DNA of 52,738 nucleotides from Patescibacteria group bacterium (GTDB lineage Bacteria > Patescibacteriota > Microgenomatia > UBA10105 > UBA927), in NCBI GenBank assembly GCA_049322955.1, contig JBMOPU010000033.1, positions 194,784-247,521 of the forward strand, written 5' to 3'. The notes below the pieces were generated by a model. It saw nothing but the letters and a program-made list of their open reading frames with translations, made no database searches and was not told the DNA's origin. Shown piece after piece: positions 28,323 to 39,005 of the stretch. The translations under genes were made by a program, and so were the position numbers. How positions within the stretch are numbered: position 1 is the first letter of the stretch; each line of letters opens with the position of its first letter.

Positions 28323-29335
28323 ACGAATGTAACGGTAAAGGTGCTCCCCCCGTTTATTTTACTTGTCGCGCTTATCGTTCCGTTATGCGCGGTCATTATT
28401 TTCTTGGCGATGGATAAGCCCAACCCGTAGCCGTTTTTGGCGTTTTTCGTCCGTGCGGTATCAGCACGATAAAATCGGTCAAAAATACGAGGCAGATCTT
28501 TTTTGGCGATACCGATCCCGTCATCGCTGACGGTGAGCATTACTCCTTTATCTTTTTTCTCGGTGTGAATATTGATCGTTCCGTTATTTTTTCCGTATTT
28601 GATCGCATTATCCAAAAGGATAACGATGAGATCCCGGATGCTATAACGGTTACCGAAAATGGTGTGGTCGACTACCGGACCCGTGATTGTTATATGTTTT
28701 TCTTCGGCAAGAGGGGTCATCTGTTTTATGGCTGAAACAACGGTATCCCGAAGGGAAAATTTCTCGAAGGAATTCGTTATGGGCTTTTGATAACGGGTAA
28801 GCGAAAGCAAAGAATCGGACAGTCTTTGGAGCGTATCGACATCGGCGATACTTTCTTTTATGACGGTTCTTGCCTCGGCAAGACTCAGATGCTTGTCCCG
28901 CAGTGATACTTCCATCGTGCTCTTTAACGCGGTGAGCGGGGTTCTGAGTTCATGGCTCGCATCCGATATGAAACGGTTTTGTTCATCGACCATATCGGCT
29001 ATCGGAGTAAGGGTTCTTCCCGCAAGGAGATAGCCAAGTGCTCCGGCAAGAAAAAATATTGAACCGTTCACGAGCGCCAACATGGTGAGTATTCTGTTTT
29101 TGACGTAGAGCAAAAGTTCCGGATCGGGGAGCGGAGGGGGAAAGTTCTCACTGAGTGGAATCACCACTGTGTCCCGGAGTCTGTTTTCAATACGATACCG
29201 CTGAATTCTGCTCATCCGTTCGAGTTCTATGGTCAATGCCCGGTAAATGACCGCGCTAAAGGAAAGACTGACGAGCATGATAATCAGTAAATACCAGGCG
29301 GTGAGTTTGAGACGTGCGGTTTGAAATATGCTCAT
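28319..29335 (-). CDS. sensor histidine kinase
   Basis: Two TM helices, H-box FISDASHELRTPLT, N box DNAIKY, G boxes DDGIGI and GYGLGLSI. Confidence 0.9.
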   Translation of the reverse strand: MSIFQTARLKLTAWYLLIIMLVSLSFSAVIYRALTIELERMSRIQRYRIENRLRDTVVIPLSENFPPPLPDPELLLYVKNRILTMLALVNGSIFFLAGALGYLLAGRTLTPIADMVDEQNRFISDASHELRTPLTALKSTMEVSLRDKHLSLAEARTVIKESIADVDTLQRLSDSLLSLTRYQKPITNSFEKFSLRDTVVSAIKQMTPLAEEKHITITGPVVDHTIFGNRYSIRDLIVILLDNAIKYGKNNGTINIHTEKKDKGVMLTVSDDGIGIAKKDLPRIFDRFYRADTARTKNAKNGYGLGLSIAKKIMTAHNGTISATSKINGGSTFTVTFV

Positions 29336-30006
29336 ATGCAGATTTTATACCCGAATCCGCGTACAGTGCGGATAAGATGTTCCGACTCTGGATATGATGC
29401 GTCTATTTTATTGCGAAGATTTTTTATATACACCTCGATCGTATTGGGGAGTATGTCCGCGTCATAATCCCATACATGCGCGATGATCTGATCACGACTG
29501 AGCACCGTGTTCGGGTGACGCATGAGATACTCCAGAAGAGAAAATTCTTTGCTGGAGAGGGGTATGGTGACACCGCTTCGTTTCACTTCATAGGACCGCG
29601 TATCGAGGGTAAGGGGCCCGACGGAAAGCATTGTTCCGAGCGAGGATTTGGGTCTTCGGGTAAGCGCCCTGATACGGGCAAGGAGTTCTTCGAAAGAAAA
29701 CGGTTTGGTCAGATAATCATCCGCTCCGCTATCAAGCCCCGTTACTTTGTCTTCCGTTTGTCCCTTGGCAGTGAGCATAAGGATCGGCGTATGGATGTTT
29801 GCGTGACGGAGTTTTTTCGCGATGGTGATGCCGTCCATCCCCGGCAACATGATATCAAGCAATATGCCGTCGTATTCTTCGGCGGATGCCATGTCATAGC
29901 CGTCCGTTCCCGTGTATGCCACGTCCACGGCATACTTTTCCTGCTCAAGTCCTTTTTTTATTGCGGCGGCTATCTTATGTTCGTCTTCGACAACGAGGAT
30001 TCTCAT
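29332..30006 (-). CDS. OmpR-family response regulator
   Basis: MRILVVEDE...LLDIMLPGMDG receiver domain plus a winged-helix C-terminus (TVRGFGYK). Confidence 0.93.
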   Translation of the reverse strand: MRILVVEDEHKIAAAIKKGLEQEKYAVDVAYTGTDGYDMASAEEYDGILLDIMLPGMDGITIAKKLRHANIHTPILMLTAKGQTEDKVTGLDSGADDYLTKPFSFEELLARIRALTRRPKSSLGTMLSVGPLTLDTRSYEVKRSGVTIPLSSKEFSLLEYLMRHPNTVLSRDQIIAHVWDYDADILPNTIEVYIKNLRNKIDASYPESEHLIRTVRGFGYKICI

Positions 30007-30063
30007 GCCCTCATTATAATCGCTTTACTGAAAACGGGCTGAAAGGGGAGTGGCGGGGATAAC

Positions 30064-30441
30064 TTATTTGGCGCCGAAAAATTGCAGAATGTTTCCCTCG
30101 GGATCGGCAATCGTCATACACCATACCGTTCCCGTCGGAGAAAGGAACGGCTTGGCTATCCAGGTAACCGGTTTATCCTTGATTTCCTCATAGGAAGCGG
30201 AAATACTCTCCACGGGAAACCCGATCATTATCCGGTACGGATCCTTATTGCTTCCTTGTACTTTGTCGTGTTTCCCGACGGCAAAAAAGGTGTCTCCGAA
30301 ATCAAAATCAATGCAGGAATCATCCGGTAGTGTGGTTTTCCCCCGGACTGAAAATCCTAAAACATCCCGATACCATTCGGCGAGTTTTTCGTGATCTTGG
30401 GACCATATGATTGCGGAAAGGGTTTTGGCTCGAAGTTTCAT
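30064..30441 (-). CDS. VOC (glyoxalase/bleomycin-resistance) family protein
   Basis: 125 aa. WYRDVLGF and DPEGNILQF are typical paired beta-alpha-beta-beta-beta elements. Confidence 0.7.
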   Translation of the reverse strand: MKLRAKTLSAIIWSQDHEKLAEWYRDVLGFSVRGKTTLPDDSCIDFDFGDTFFAVGKHDKVQGSNKDPYRIMIGFPVESISASYEEIKDKPVTWIAKPFLSPTGTVWCMTIADPEGNILQFFGAK

Positions 30442-30500
30442 AGATAATCTCTGACGATTTACCTATATAATAGTAGGAATGACACGGAAGTCAACAACGT

Positions 30501-30983
30501 ATGAGAACGGCAATTCCTTATAAAAAACCCGCACGCATTCCTTTTACCCGTGAAGGATATCAGGAGATTCTCAAACAACAGAAGGAGTTTCTTCATGACA
30601 GACCAGCCGCGGTCGAAAATCTGAAGAAAGCCAGGGAAATGGGTGACCTTTCGGAAAACGGTTATTACAAAGCCGCCCGACAACGCCTTTCTTTTATCGA
30701 CGCACAGCTTCGCAGACTGGATCGCTTGGTCAGGTTCGGGAGCGTCATTGATAAACCCGTGCTTACCGGGGTTATCGGATTCGGATCTACCGTTACGTTA
30801 TCGGGTGCCGCGATGCGGCGTACGTTCACGATCGTCGGAGGATATGAGTCCAATCCCGCGGAGAACTCCATATCCCATATTTCCCCTCTGGGTAAAGCCC
30901 TTATGGGACACAAGGCAGGTGATAGGATTGCGCTTGATGCCCCGAAAGGGAGGGTAGAATATACGATCGAGTCGGTGACCTGA
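30501..30983 (+). CDS. GreA/GreB family elongation factor (divergent paralog)
   Basis: GDLSENGYYKAARQ coiled-coil tip motif and a C-terminal globular domain (ISHISPLGKALMGHKAGD). Confidence 0.8.
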   Translation: MRTAIPYKKPARIPFTREGYQEILKQQKEFLHDRPAAVENLKKAREMGDLSENGYYKAARQRLSFIDAQLRRLDRLVRFGSVIDKPVLTGVIGFGSTVTLSGAAMRRTFTIVGGYESNPAENSISHISPLGKALMGHKAGDRIALDAPKGRVEYTIESVT

Positions 30984-31032
30984 AAAACATTCGGGTGTTA
31001 TGATAGTGATACGGAACAATAAAGGAGGAACC

Positions 31033-31230
31033 ATGAAACTTAAAATGTCAGCATTCGATTGGGCGGCATGGATTTTTGTCGTAATAGGAGCAATTAACTG
31101 GGGACTGACCGGTCTGTTCTCATTCGATGTGGTGCAGATTGTTTTCGGCACCAGTCCGTGGCTTGCAAAGCTCGTTTATGCGCTGATAGGGACGTCCGGT
31201 GTTTATTGGCTGGTGAAGCTTATCCGGTAA
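31033..31230 (+). CDS. DUF378 membrane protein
   Basis: AAWIFVVIGAINWGLTGLF...LVYALIGTSGVYWL. AAAGGAGG lies 5 nt upstream of the ATG at 31033. Confidence 0.8.
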   Translation: MKLKMSAFDWAAWIFVVIGAINWGLTGLFSFDVVQIVFGTSPWLAKLVYALIGTSGVYWLVKLIR

Positions 31231-31274
31231 GAGTGCGGTTCTCTTTTTTTGTGAAATAGGTTACTATACACTTC

Positions 31275-32048
31275 ATGAAAAAGCTGTTGGGTGTTTTCGC
31301 CCATCCCGATGATGAATCCTATATGGCGGCTGGTACGCTTGCCAAATACGCGAAGGCCGGGTGGAAGATTGACCTTGTCTGTGCCACCCGCGGAGAAGAT
31401 TCTGCTCGCGGCAGTTTTACTGCGACCGATAGCGATACCTTCGGCGGTGTACGGCAGAAAGAATTGGAACTCGCCGCATCGCAGATCGGTGCCTCCTCGA
31501 TAACGTTTCTTGATTATAAGGACGGGAAGCTATCATCCCAGACACCCGGGGATGTTGAAGAAAAACTTATGAAAGTCCTTCGGGAAAATAAACCCGACGT
31601 CGTTATCACGATGGAACCTTCTGGAGTGACGAACCATCCGGATAACGTAAAACTTTCCCTTTCCACAACCTTTGCATTCCAAAAATACGCCGCTGATCGT
31701 CATGAGGAAAATCCTGCGGACGAAAATCCTCCGAAGCTTTATTATGCCTGCATGCCCGACAGTATCGTATCGTATTTCATCAAAAAAAAGTATTTCTCTG
31801 GCGAATCGTTCGGCAAACCCTGGAGGGGTATTGATGACAAAAAAATCACCACGGTCATCGATATAAAAAGACAAAAGGGAGTGAAAACAAAAGCGTTGTT
31901 TTCGTATGAAAGCCAAAAAGAAGAAATGGAAGCGTATATTGCAATACCGCACAATCCTTTTCTGAGTCAGGAGTATTTTATCCTGCGGTACGTGGGTATT
32001 GTCGAAGCATTTATGGGAAAAAACGATCGTGTTTCCGACAGACTATGA
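31275..32048 (+). CDS. PIG-L/LmbE family deacetylase
   Basis: GVFAHPDDESYMAAGT zinc-binding motif. ATGA overlap with sufC. Confidence 0.85.
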   Translation: MKKLLGVFAHPDDESYMAAGTLAKYAKAGWKIDLVCATRGEDSARGSFTATDSDTFGGVRQKELELAASQIGASSITFLDYKDGKLSSQTPGDVEEKLMKVLRENKPDVVITMEPSGVTNHPDNVKLSLSTTFAFQKYAADRHEENPADENPPKLYYACMPDSIVSYFIKKKYFSGESFGKPWRGIDDKKITTVIDIKRQKGVKTKALFSYESQKEEMEAYIAIPHNPFLSQEYFILRYVGIVEAFMGKNDRVSDRL

Positions 32049-32845
32049 AACTTATTATTTCTAAACTTAAAGCGGGAGTTGAAGGCAAAGAAATACTTCA
32101 CGGGGTTGATATGAGCATTAATCGTGGGGAAGTGCATGCCGTCATGGGTCCAAACGGAAGCGGCAAATCAACGCTTGCTCAGGTACTTTTGGGACATCCG
32201 GCGTACGAAATAACCAGTAAGACTTCCAAAATTCTTCTTGACGGGAAAAACATCCTTCCGTTAGAGACGGAGGAGCGGGCAAAAAAAGGATTGTTTCTCG
32301 CGTTCCAATCTCCGGTTGCCATCCCGGGTGTTACGGTGATGAACCTGCTTCGTGCGGCATACGACGCGCATACCGCAAAACCGGTAAAGAAAAATGATAG
32401 TTCCGTGCAAAATCCGGTGCTCGCCCGTCGATTTCAGGTGGGGGGCATGTCGATCGGCGCATTTACCGATCACGTTAAATCGCACGCAAAAATCCTACGG
32501 ATTACCGATGACATGTTACGGCGCGGTATTCATGACGGATTTTCCGGAGGTGAAAAGAAAAAAATCGAAATGTTGCAGGCGTTGGTACTGCCGCACCAGT
32601 TTGCCGTTTTTGATGAAATAGATACCGGACTCGATGTCGATGCGCTTCGCACCGTATCGAAGGGTATTGCACTTCTTCGTAAACAAGGGGTCGGTGTGCT
32701 TATTATCACGCACTATCAGCGCATCCTCCGCTATGTAAAACCGGATGTCGTGCACGTCTTGGTTCACGGTAAGGTGGTGGACAAGGGAGATGCCTCACTC
32801 GCGCGCACTATAGAAACCAAAGGATACGGCAAATACCTCTCCTGA
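32045..32845 (+). CDS. sufC: Fe-S cluster assembly ATPase SufC
   Basis: GPNGSGKST, FSGGEKKKIEMLQ, FDEIDTGLD. Confidence 0.93.
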   Translation: MKLIISKLKAGVEGKEILHGVDMSINRGEVHAVMGPNGSGKSTLAQVLLGHPAYEITSKTSKILLDGKNILPLETEERAKKGLFLAFQSPVAIPGVTVMNLLRAAYDAHTAKPVKKNDSSVQNPVLARRFQVGGMSIGAFTDHVKSHAKILRITDDMLRRGIHDGFSGGEKKKIEMLQALVLPHQFAVFDEIDTGLDVDALRTVSKGIALLRKQGVGVLIITHYQRILRYVKPDVVHVLVHGKVVDKGDASLARTIETKGYGKYLS

Positions 32846-32878
32846 AAAGACGCACGGGTTTGTCCGCAGGCTTGAGGA

Positions 32879-34282
32879 ATGCATATGAATACCAAATCAC
32901 CCATCAGTGACAAGTATCGGTACGGGTTTCATAAGCCCGAGCGGTATGTGTTTAAATCCGAAAAGGGATTATCCGCGGAAGTTATCAAAAACATCAGCGC
33001 ACACAAGCACGAACCCGCGTGGATGCAGGAACGTCGGCTCATGGCATATAAAATTTTTGACAAGAAAAAAATGCCGTTATGGGGAGCGGATCTTTCGACC
33101 ATCGATTTCGATGACATTTATTACTACATAAAACCCACCGAAAAAGGCGTATCCCGCTGGGAGGATCTTCCCGGTGAAATCCGCGACACCTACGACAAAA
33201 TAGGTATTCCCGAAGCGGAAAAAAAGTTTTTGGCGGGGGTGAGCGCGCAATATGAAAGCGAAGTGGTGTATAAAAGCATCCAATCCGCACTATCCAAAAA
33301 AGGGGTAATCTTTCTCGATATGGATTCGGGTCTTCGGGAGTATCCGGATCTGGTACGGCAGTATTTCGGTACCGTTATTCCTTCGGGTGACAATAAGTTT
33401 TCCGCGCTCAATACCTCAGTGTGGAGCGGGGGATCGTTTGTGTATGTCCCGAAGGGAGTGCACGTCGACTTGCCCCTGCAGGCGTATTTCCGCATCAATG
33501 CGGCCAATATGGGACAGTTCGAACGGACGCTGATCATTGCAGAAGAAGGAAGTTACGTCCATTATGTCGAAGGATGCACTGCTCCCATCTATACCACCGA
33601 CTCATTGCATTCGGCGGTTGTTGAAATCGTCGTCAAAAAAGGAGCACGGGTTCGATATACTACCATCCAAAACTGGAGCAACAATGTCTATAACCTTGTG
33701 ACAAAACGCGCCAGAGTAGAAGAAGAAGGAACCATGGAGTGGGTGGACGGCAATCTGGGAAGCAAGATTACCATGAAATATCCGAGCGTGTATCTTATGG
33801 GGAGAAAAGCCAGGGGAGAAGTGCTCTCTATCGCCTACGCGGGTGCAAACCAGCATCAGGATGCGGGAGGCAAAGCGGTGCACTATGCTCCGGAGACAAC
33901 TTCACAGATTATCTCTAAATCAATTAGCCGAGCCGGGGGAAGGACCTCGTATCGGGGACTTGTTGAAGTGTTCAAGGGAGCAAAGGGGTGTAAATCAAAA
34001 GTTGTTTGCGATGCCCTGTTATTGGATGAACGTTCACGATCCGACACGTATCCCACCATGAAGATCAACGAGCCGCAAACGCAAATTGAGCATGAAGCTA
34101 CCGTATCCAAAATAGGGGATGAGCAACTCTTTTATCTCCAAAGTCGGGGGATCAACAAATCACAGGCGGAGTCGATGATAGTTAACGGCTTTATCGAGCC
34201 GATCGTCAAAGAATTACCGCTTGAGTATGCCGTCGAGATGAACCGGTTGATCCAACTCCAAATGGAAGGATCGGTCGGGTAA
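32879..34282 (+). CDS. sufB: Fe-S cluster assembly protein SufB
   Basis: 467 aa. [26 protein letters not shown] and [20 protein letters not shown] are highly conserved SufB blocks. Confidence 0.95.
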   Translation: MHMNTKSPISDKYRYGFHKPERYVFKSEKGLSAEVIKNISAHKHEPAWMQERRLMAYKIFDKKKMPLWGADLSTIDFDDIYYYIKPTEKGVSRWEDLPGEIRDTYDKIGIPEAEKKFLAGVSAQYESEVVYKSIQSALSKKGVIFLDMDSGLREYPDLVRQYFGTVIPSGDNKFSALNTSVWSGGSFVYVPKGVHVDLPLQAYFRINAANMGQFERTLIIAEEGSYVHYVEGCTAPIYTTDSLHSAVVEIVVKKGARVRYTTIQNWSNNVYNLVTKRARVEEEGTMEWVDGNLGSKITMKYPSVYLMGRKARGEVLSIAYAGANQHQDAGGKAVHYAPETTSQIISKSISRAGGRTSYRGLVEVFKGAKGCKSKVVCDALLLDERSRSDTYPTMKINEPQTQIEHEATVSKIGDEQLFYLQSRGINKSQAESMIVNGFIEPIVKELPLEYAVEMNRLIQLQMEGSVG

Positions 34283-34297
34283 TGAGGGATACGCACG

Positions 34298-34936
34298 ATG
34301 AAAACGATTTCTAAAAATACCACAATTATTCGCGAAATAACTTCGGGTGAAGCCCGCGATGATTTTGCCGTTACAAAAGGAGCGACGCTTACCGTCGTAT
34401 ATCTCGTCGCGGCAAAGACCGATATATCTATCAAACCGACCGTGCATCTTATGGGGACGGGATCCGTTGCAACTGTTATAGGAATAATCGCGGGGAAAAA
34501 AGATGCGATGGTGAAGGTGAGTACGTTACAGCACCACAAGGCAAGGCAAACTACCAGTAATTTATTGGTAAAAAGCGTTCTCTCCGATGCCAGTCAGTGC
34601 GCTTATGACGGCAGTATATCGGTCGACAAATCAGCGCAGAAAACAGACGCGTATCAGCGAAATGAAAATCTTCTGTTGGACGAAAACACACAGGCAACGT
34701 CTTCACCAGCCCTGGAAATTCTTGCAAATGACGTACGGTGTACGCACGGAGCGGTTGTCAAAACGCTTGATCAAAATGAACTTTGGTATCTGAAAAGCCG
34801 GGGCATTGACGAAAATCTCGCACGTACTATGATAGCAAGTGGGTTTCTAAGTAGCGCATTGTCCCTCGTTTCCGACGAGAAAGAAAAGGAGATGCTTCAA
34901 GAACGCGTCGCATCATTCTTTACGACCTATGGATAA
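34298..34936 (+). CDS. sufD: SufD-like protein (short, beta-helix core only)
   Basis: 212 aa. QRNENLLL...LEILANDVRCTHGAVVKTLDQNELWYLKSRGI is the SufBD core. About half the usual SufD length. Confidence 0.75.
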   Translation: MKTISKNTTIIREITSGEARDDFAVTKGATLTVVYLVAAKTDISIKPTVHLMGTGSVATVIGIIAGKKDAMVKVSTLQHHKARQTTSNLLVKSVLSDASQCAYDGSISVDKSAQKTDAYQRNENLLLDENTQATSSPALEILANDVRCTHGAVVKTLDQNELWYLKSRGIDENLARTMIASGFLSSALSLVSDEKEKEMLQERVASFFTTYG

Positions 34937-35240
34937 CCAGGATTTCGTTTGCAAAGTTACCGATCTTGCACCCGGCAGTATGAAAACGTTTACGGTGAAC
35001 GGGAAACAAATAGCCCTGGCAAATGTCGACGGGGAGTTTTTTGCGGTGGACGACAGGTGTTCACATGAACAATGTTCGTTGGGATCAGAGGGAGCGCTCG
35101 ACGGTAACGTGATTGTCTGCGGATGTCACGGCGGGATGTTTGATGTGACGACGGGATCCGTTATGGCACCGCCTCCTCCTTCCCCCGTACGCTCGTATGA
35201 GGTGCATATTGCCGACGGAAACGTATTCGTTGCCGTATAA
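34929..35240 (+). CDS. Rieske [2Fe-2S] domain protein
   Basis: CSHEQCSL...CGCHGGMFD (CxH...CxxH). Confidence 0.85.
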   Translation: MDNQDFVCKVTDLAPGSMKTFTVNGKQIALANVDGEFFAVDDRCSHEQCSLGSEGALDGNVIVCGCHGGMFDVTTGSVMAPPPPSPVRSYEVHIADGNVFVAV

Positions 35241-35250
35241 CCGAATCGCT

Positions 35251-36480
35251 ATGTTTGATGCAAAAAAAATCCGTGACGACTTTCCCCAACTTGCACGCCT
35301 GATAAACGGTAAGCCGATCGTGTACCTTGATTCCACCGCAACGTCGCTTAAGCCTCAGGAAGTCATCGACAAGGAAAATGAGTATTACACGAAATACACG
35401 GCCAATGTGTTTCGCGGCATTTATACGACCAGTGAAGAAGCGACCGCGGAGTACGAGAAGGCACGCAAACTTACCGCCGATTTTATCGGCGCGGTATCTC
35501 CTGATGAAATCGTTTTTACCAGAAACGCATCGGAATCAATCAATCTGGTCGCCTATAGTTATGTATTGAACGATTTTTCGGAAGGTGACCGTATCATAAC
35601 CAGCATCGTCGAACATCACTCCAACTTCGTTCCCTGGCAACAGCTGGGAAACCGCAGGGGAGTGGCGGTGGATTTGTGGTATGCGGACAGGGAAGGTAAC
35701 CTGGAGGTTTCTGCACTCGAAAAACTTCTGACTCCCAAAACCCGACTCATTGCAATAACCGCGGCATCAAATGTGCTTGGAACTATCACTCCGATCAAAG
35801 AAATTGTTCGAACAGTTAAACGATTCAATCCGAGGTGTTTGGTGCTTGTTGATGCGGCACAGGCCGTGCCTCATATGCCGGTTGATGTGCAGGCGTGGGG
35901 AGCAGACTTTGTCGCGTTTTCCAGCCATAAGATGTTGGGTCCCACCGGTATCGGGGTGCTCTGGGCAAAGGCTGAACATTTGGACGCCATGATGCCGTTT
36001 AATTATGGCGGTGACATGATATCCGAGGTGCATGTCGATAAAACGGTGTTTAAAAAACCTCCTCATAAATTCGAAGCGGGTACGCCGCATATCGCGGGGG
36101 TCATCGGATTCGGCAAGGCGGTGGAATATCTTACGAAATTGGGCATGGAAAATGTACGACAGCATGAAAAAGAACTTGTTGCCTATGCCATGGAGCAATT
36201 TACCCGAGTGGAAGGCCTGAGCTTTCTCGGTCCCAAAGATCCCGAAGTCAGAGGCGGCGTATTTGCCATGACCCTTGCCGGTACTCATCCGCATGATATT
36301 GCTCAGCTTCTCAATGAAGACAATATCTTTATCCGTGCGGGCAATCACTGTGCCATGCCGCTTCACGAATGCTATAACATTGCCGCCACGGCGCGCGCAT
36401 CGTTTTATGTCTATACCACCCGCGATGATATTGATATGTTGGTCGCGGCATTAACAAACGTCAAAAAGATGTTTTCGTAA
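35251..36480 (+). CDS. sufS: cysteine desulfurase SufS
   Basis: DFPQL...YLDSTATS, FSSHKMLGPTGIG (PLP Lys), RAGNHCAMPL (catalytic Cys loop). ATG at 35251 chosen. Confidence 0.93.
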   Translation: MFDAKKIRDDFPQLARLINGKPIVYLDSTATSLKPQEVIDKENEYYTKYTANVFRGIYTTSEEATAEYEKARKLTADFIGAVSPDEIVFTRNASESINLVAYSYVLNDFSEGDRIITSIVEHHSNFVPWQQLGNRRGVAVDLWYADREGNLEVSALEKLLTPKTRLIAITAASNVLGTITPIKEIVRTVKRFNPRCLVLVDAAQAVPHMPVDVQAWGADFVAFSSHKMLGPTGIGVLWAKAEHLDAMMPFNYGGDMISEVHVDKTVFKKPPHKFEAGTPHIAGVIGFGKAVEYLTKLGMENVRQHEKELVAYAMEQFTRVEGLSFLGPKDPEVRGGVFAMTLAGTHPHDIAQLLNEDNIFIRAGNHCAMPLHECYNIAATARASFYVYTTRDDIDMLVAALTNVKKMFS

Positions 36481-36481
36481 C

Positions 36482-36862
36482 ATGGATCTATATCGCGAGC
36501 AAATACTCGATCACTATAAGCATCCCCGAAATTTCGGTCATCTGGATGGTGCCGATGTGAAAAGCGAGGAAGTCAACGTCAGTTGCGGTGATCGCATCAT
36601 GATAGAAGTGAAACTTACTCCGAAGGGAGAGTCCCCGCAAAAAATAGCCGATATCCGCTTTAGCGGGGAGGGATGCGCCATCAATCAGGCATCGGCATCA
36701 CTGTTGACCGAGAAAGTGATCGGTATGGAAGTATCGGAGGTGATGAAACTTGATCTTGCCGTGGTGGAATCATTACTCGGGACAACGCTCACCCCTTCGC
36801 GGGTAAAGTGTGCTATCCTACCGCTTGAGGCGATACAAAAAGCGGTGCAATCTGTAAGATAA
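36482..36862 (+). CDS. sufU: SufU/IscU-like Fe-S scaffold (NifU N-terminal family)
   Basis: HYKHPRNFG, NVSCGD, GEGCAINQASAS, and RVKCAILP. Confidence 0.88.
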   Translation: MDLYREQILDHYKHPRNFGHLDGADVKSEEVNVSCGDRIMIEVKLTPKGESPQKIADIRFSGEGCAINQASASLLTEKVIGMEVSEVMKLDLAVVESLLGTTLTPSRVKCAILPLEAIQKAVQSVR

Positions 36863-36904
36863 TTCATTGTTAATGAAGCCGTGAATGCGGTATAGTAAAT
36901 CATT

Positions 36905-37159
36905 ATGGATCCGAATGACCCGAAAGTAGTACGAAAAATAAGAAATCTTACGATGCGCATTGATAGGGATTTGTGTATCGGCGCCGCTACCTGTGTCGCG
37001 CTCGCTCCCAAAGCGTGGGCGCTTGATGATGAGGCAAAAGCAATTATTCTGGATACCTCTTCCGAGGAAACGGATGACGCGTTGCTCGAGGCCGCAAAGG
37101 GGTGTCCTGTTATGGCAATCTTCTTAACCGATGAAAACGGTAAGCAGGTGTATCCCTAA
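36905..37159 (+). CDS. small ferredoxin (single-cluster type)
   Basis: IDRDLCIGAATCVALAP...AAKGCPVMAI. Confidence 0.72.
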   Translation: MDPNDPKVVRKIRNLTMRIDRDLCIGAATCVALAPKAWALDDEAKAIILDTSSEETDDALLEAAKGCPVMAIFLTDENGKQVYP

Positions 37160-37203
37160 CGCATGATTTGTCGATTGCTCCCCGACAACATACAATAGAT
37201 ACT

Positions 37204-38937
37204 ATGGTCGATAACGTCACATGGAAAATCGGCGGTGAAGCGGGCTTCGGCATCATGTCCGCCGGCAACGTACTCGCCAAAACATTTACCCGGGCAGGTT
37301 TTCATATTTTTGCCGTCAATGATTATCCCTCGCTTATTCGCGGCGGGCATAACGTCGTTTCCGTACGCATCGGGAGCACTCCCTTTTCCGGCATTAACCG
37401 CGATCTCCATATCCTTGTGGCGTTAAACAGTGAAACCGTGATCCTTCACAAAGATGAACTGAGCCCCGGAGCGCTGGTGTTGTTTGATCCGTCGGAAAAA
37501 GAGTGGACGACCGCCGATTTTCCCCGCGAGGTAGTATTGCTCCCCGTGCCGCTTAAAGATATTGTGACCGGTCTCAAAGCCGATCTCGTCATGCGAAACA
37601 CCGTGGTGTTGGGAGCGTCAGTCGCACTTTTGGGAGCCCCGTTTGAGGCGTTGCTTTCGGTCATTCATGACCAATTCATACATAAAGGGCAGGAAGTGGT
37701 GGATCAGAACGAAAAAATCGCACGGGCAGGGTACGACTATATAAAAGAACATTTTTCGGACAAAACGAGCATGCACCTTTCCCCGGGGACGATCACGGAA
37801 AAACAGCTCGTCATAAACGGAAGCGAGGCTGTGGGATTGGGTGCGATAAAGGCGGGGCTCAAGTTTGCCGCAATTTATCCCATGACACCGATTAATGCGC
37901 TCATTGCATTTCTTGCCGATCACGCAAAGGAACTCGGGGTTGTCTATAAGCAACCGGAAGATGAAATTGCGGGGATTACGATGGCAATAGGGGCCTCTGT
38001 TGCCGGCGTGCGCAGTATGGTTGCAACCTCCGGCGGCGGATTTGCCCTGATGGTGGAAGGATTATCGCTTGCCGGAATGATCGAAGTGCCACTGGTCATC
38101 GATCTCGGGATGCGGGTGGGTCCCGCAACCGGCATGCCTACCTATACCGAACAGGGAGAGCTATTGTTTGCCATCCATGCGGGACACGGTGAATTTGCCC
38201 GTATTATTTTGGCTCCCGGAGACGCGGAGGAAGCATATCATTTGACAATTGATGCGTTCCAGCTTGCCGATGCATATCAGGTGCCCGTGTTTGTATTGAC
38301 CGATAAGTATCTTAATGAAAGCCAGTGGTGTATGAAACTTTCGCATTTCCAAAAACCCGTCGTTATCGATCGCGGTAAGCTTATCCTTGGCGATACCGGA
38401 AAACCCGAAGGGATATTTGAGCGGTATGATACGTCAGTTTCTGACGGTGTGTCTCCCCGTAGTGTGCCCGGCACCAAAAACGGGCAATATTATGCTAACT
38501 CCTATGAACATGACGGAACGGGCCATGTGACCGATCATGCGGACAAACGCCGCGAGATGGTGGAAAAACGGCTCCGGAAAGTGCAATCGATAGAATCGGT
38601 TGTTCCTCCTCCCGTAACCTACGGTGACACGGACGCCGAACTCACGCTTGTTACTTGGGGGACGACCAAAGGAGCGGTGATAAGCGTTATGGAAACACTT
38701 CGATTGCAAGGTAAGAAAGTCCGTGTCGTTACCTTCCCATGGATATATCCGTTCCCTGTTTCAGCTACCAAAGAAATCCTAGGGAAAGCAAAACGTGCGG
38801 TTGTTATTGAGCAAAACGCGACCGGACAACTCGCATGGCTCATCCGTGCGGAGACGGGTATCGATATTGCCGAAAAGTTTATAAAATATGACGGGAGGCC
38901 TTGGCTCCCGGAGGAGTTACTCGAAAAACTGAAATAG
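37204..38937 (+). CDS. 2-oxoacid:ferredoxin oxidoreductase, fused gamma/alpha subunit
   Basis: N-terminal gamma-like IGGEAGFGIMSAGNVLAK...SLIRGGHN, then alpha domain GSEAVGLGAIKAG...YPMTP. ATG at 37204 preferred to the TTG at 37168. Confidence 0.88.
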   Translation: MVDNVTWKIGGEAGFGIMSAGNVLAKTFTRAGFHIFAVNDYPSLIRGGHNVVSVRIGSTPFSGINRDLHILVALNSETVILHKDELSPGALVLFDPSEKEWTTADFPREVVLLPVPLKDIVTGLKADLVMRNTVVLGASVALLGAPFEALLSVIHDQFIHKGQEVVDQNEKIARAGYDYIKEHFSDKTSMHLSPGTITEKQLVINGSEAVGLGAIKAGLKFAAIYPMTPINALIAFLADHAKELGVVYKQPEDEIAGITMAIGASVAGVRSMVATSGGGFALMVEGLSLAGMIEVPLVIDLGMRVGPATGMPTYTEQGELLFAIHAGHGEFARIILAPGDAEEAYHLTIDAFQLADAYQVPVFVLTDKYLNESQWCMKLSHFQKPVVIDRGKLILGDTGKPEGIFERYDTSVSDGVSPRSVPGTKNGQYYANSYEHDGTGHVTDHADKRREMVEKRLRKVQSIESVVPPPVTYGDTDAELTLVTWGTTKGAVISVMETLRLQGKKVRVVTFPWIYPFPVSATKEILGKAKRAVVIEQNATGQLAWLIRAETGIDIAEKFIKYDGRPWLPEELLEKLK

Positions 38938-39005
38938 TGGCGTTCCATCGTTTCATCGAAACCATAAAGCCGATGTAACGAAGCAACGACACACGATAAA
39001 CCATT

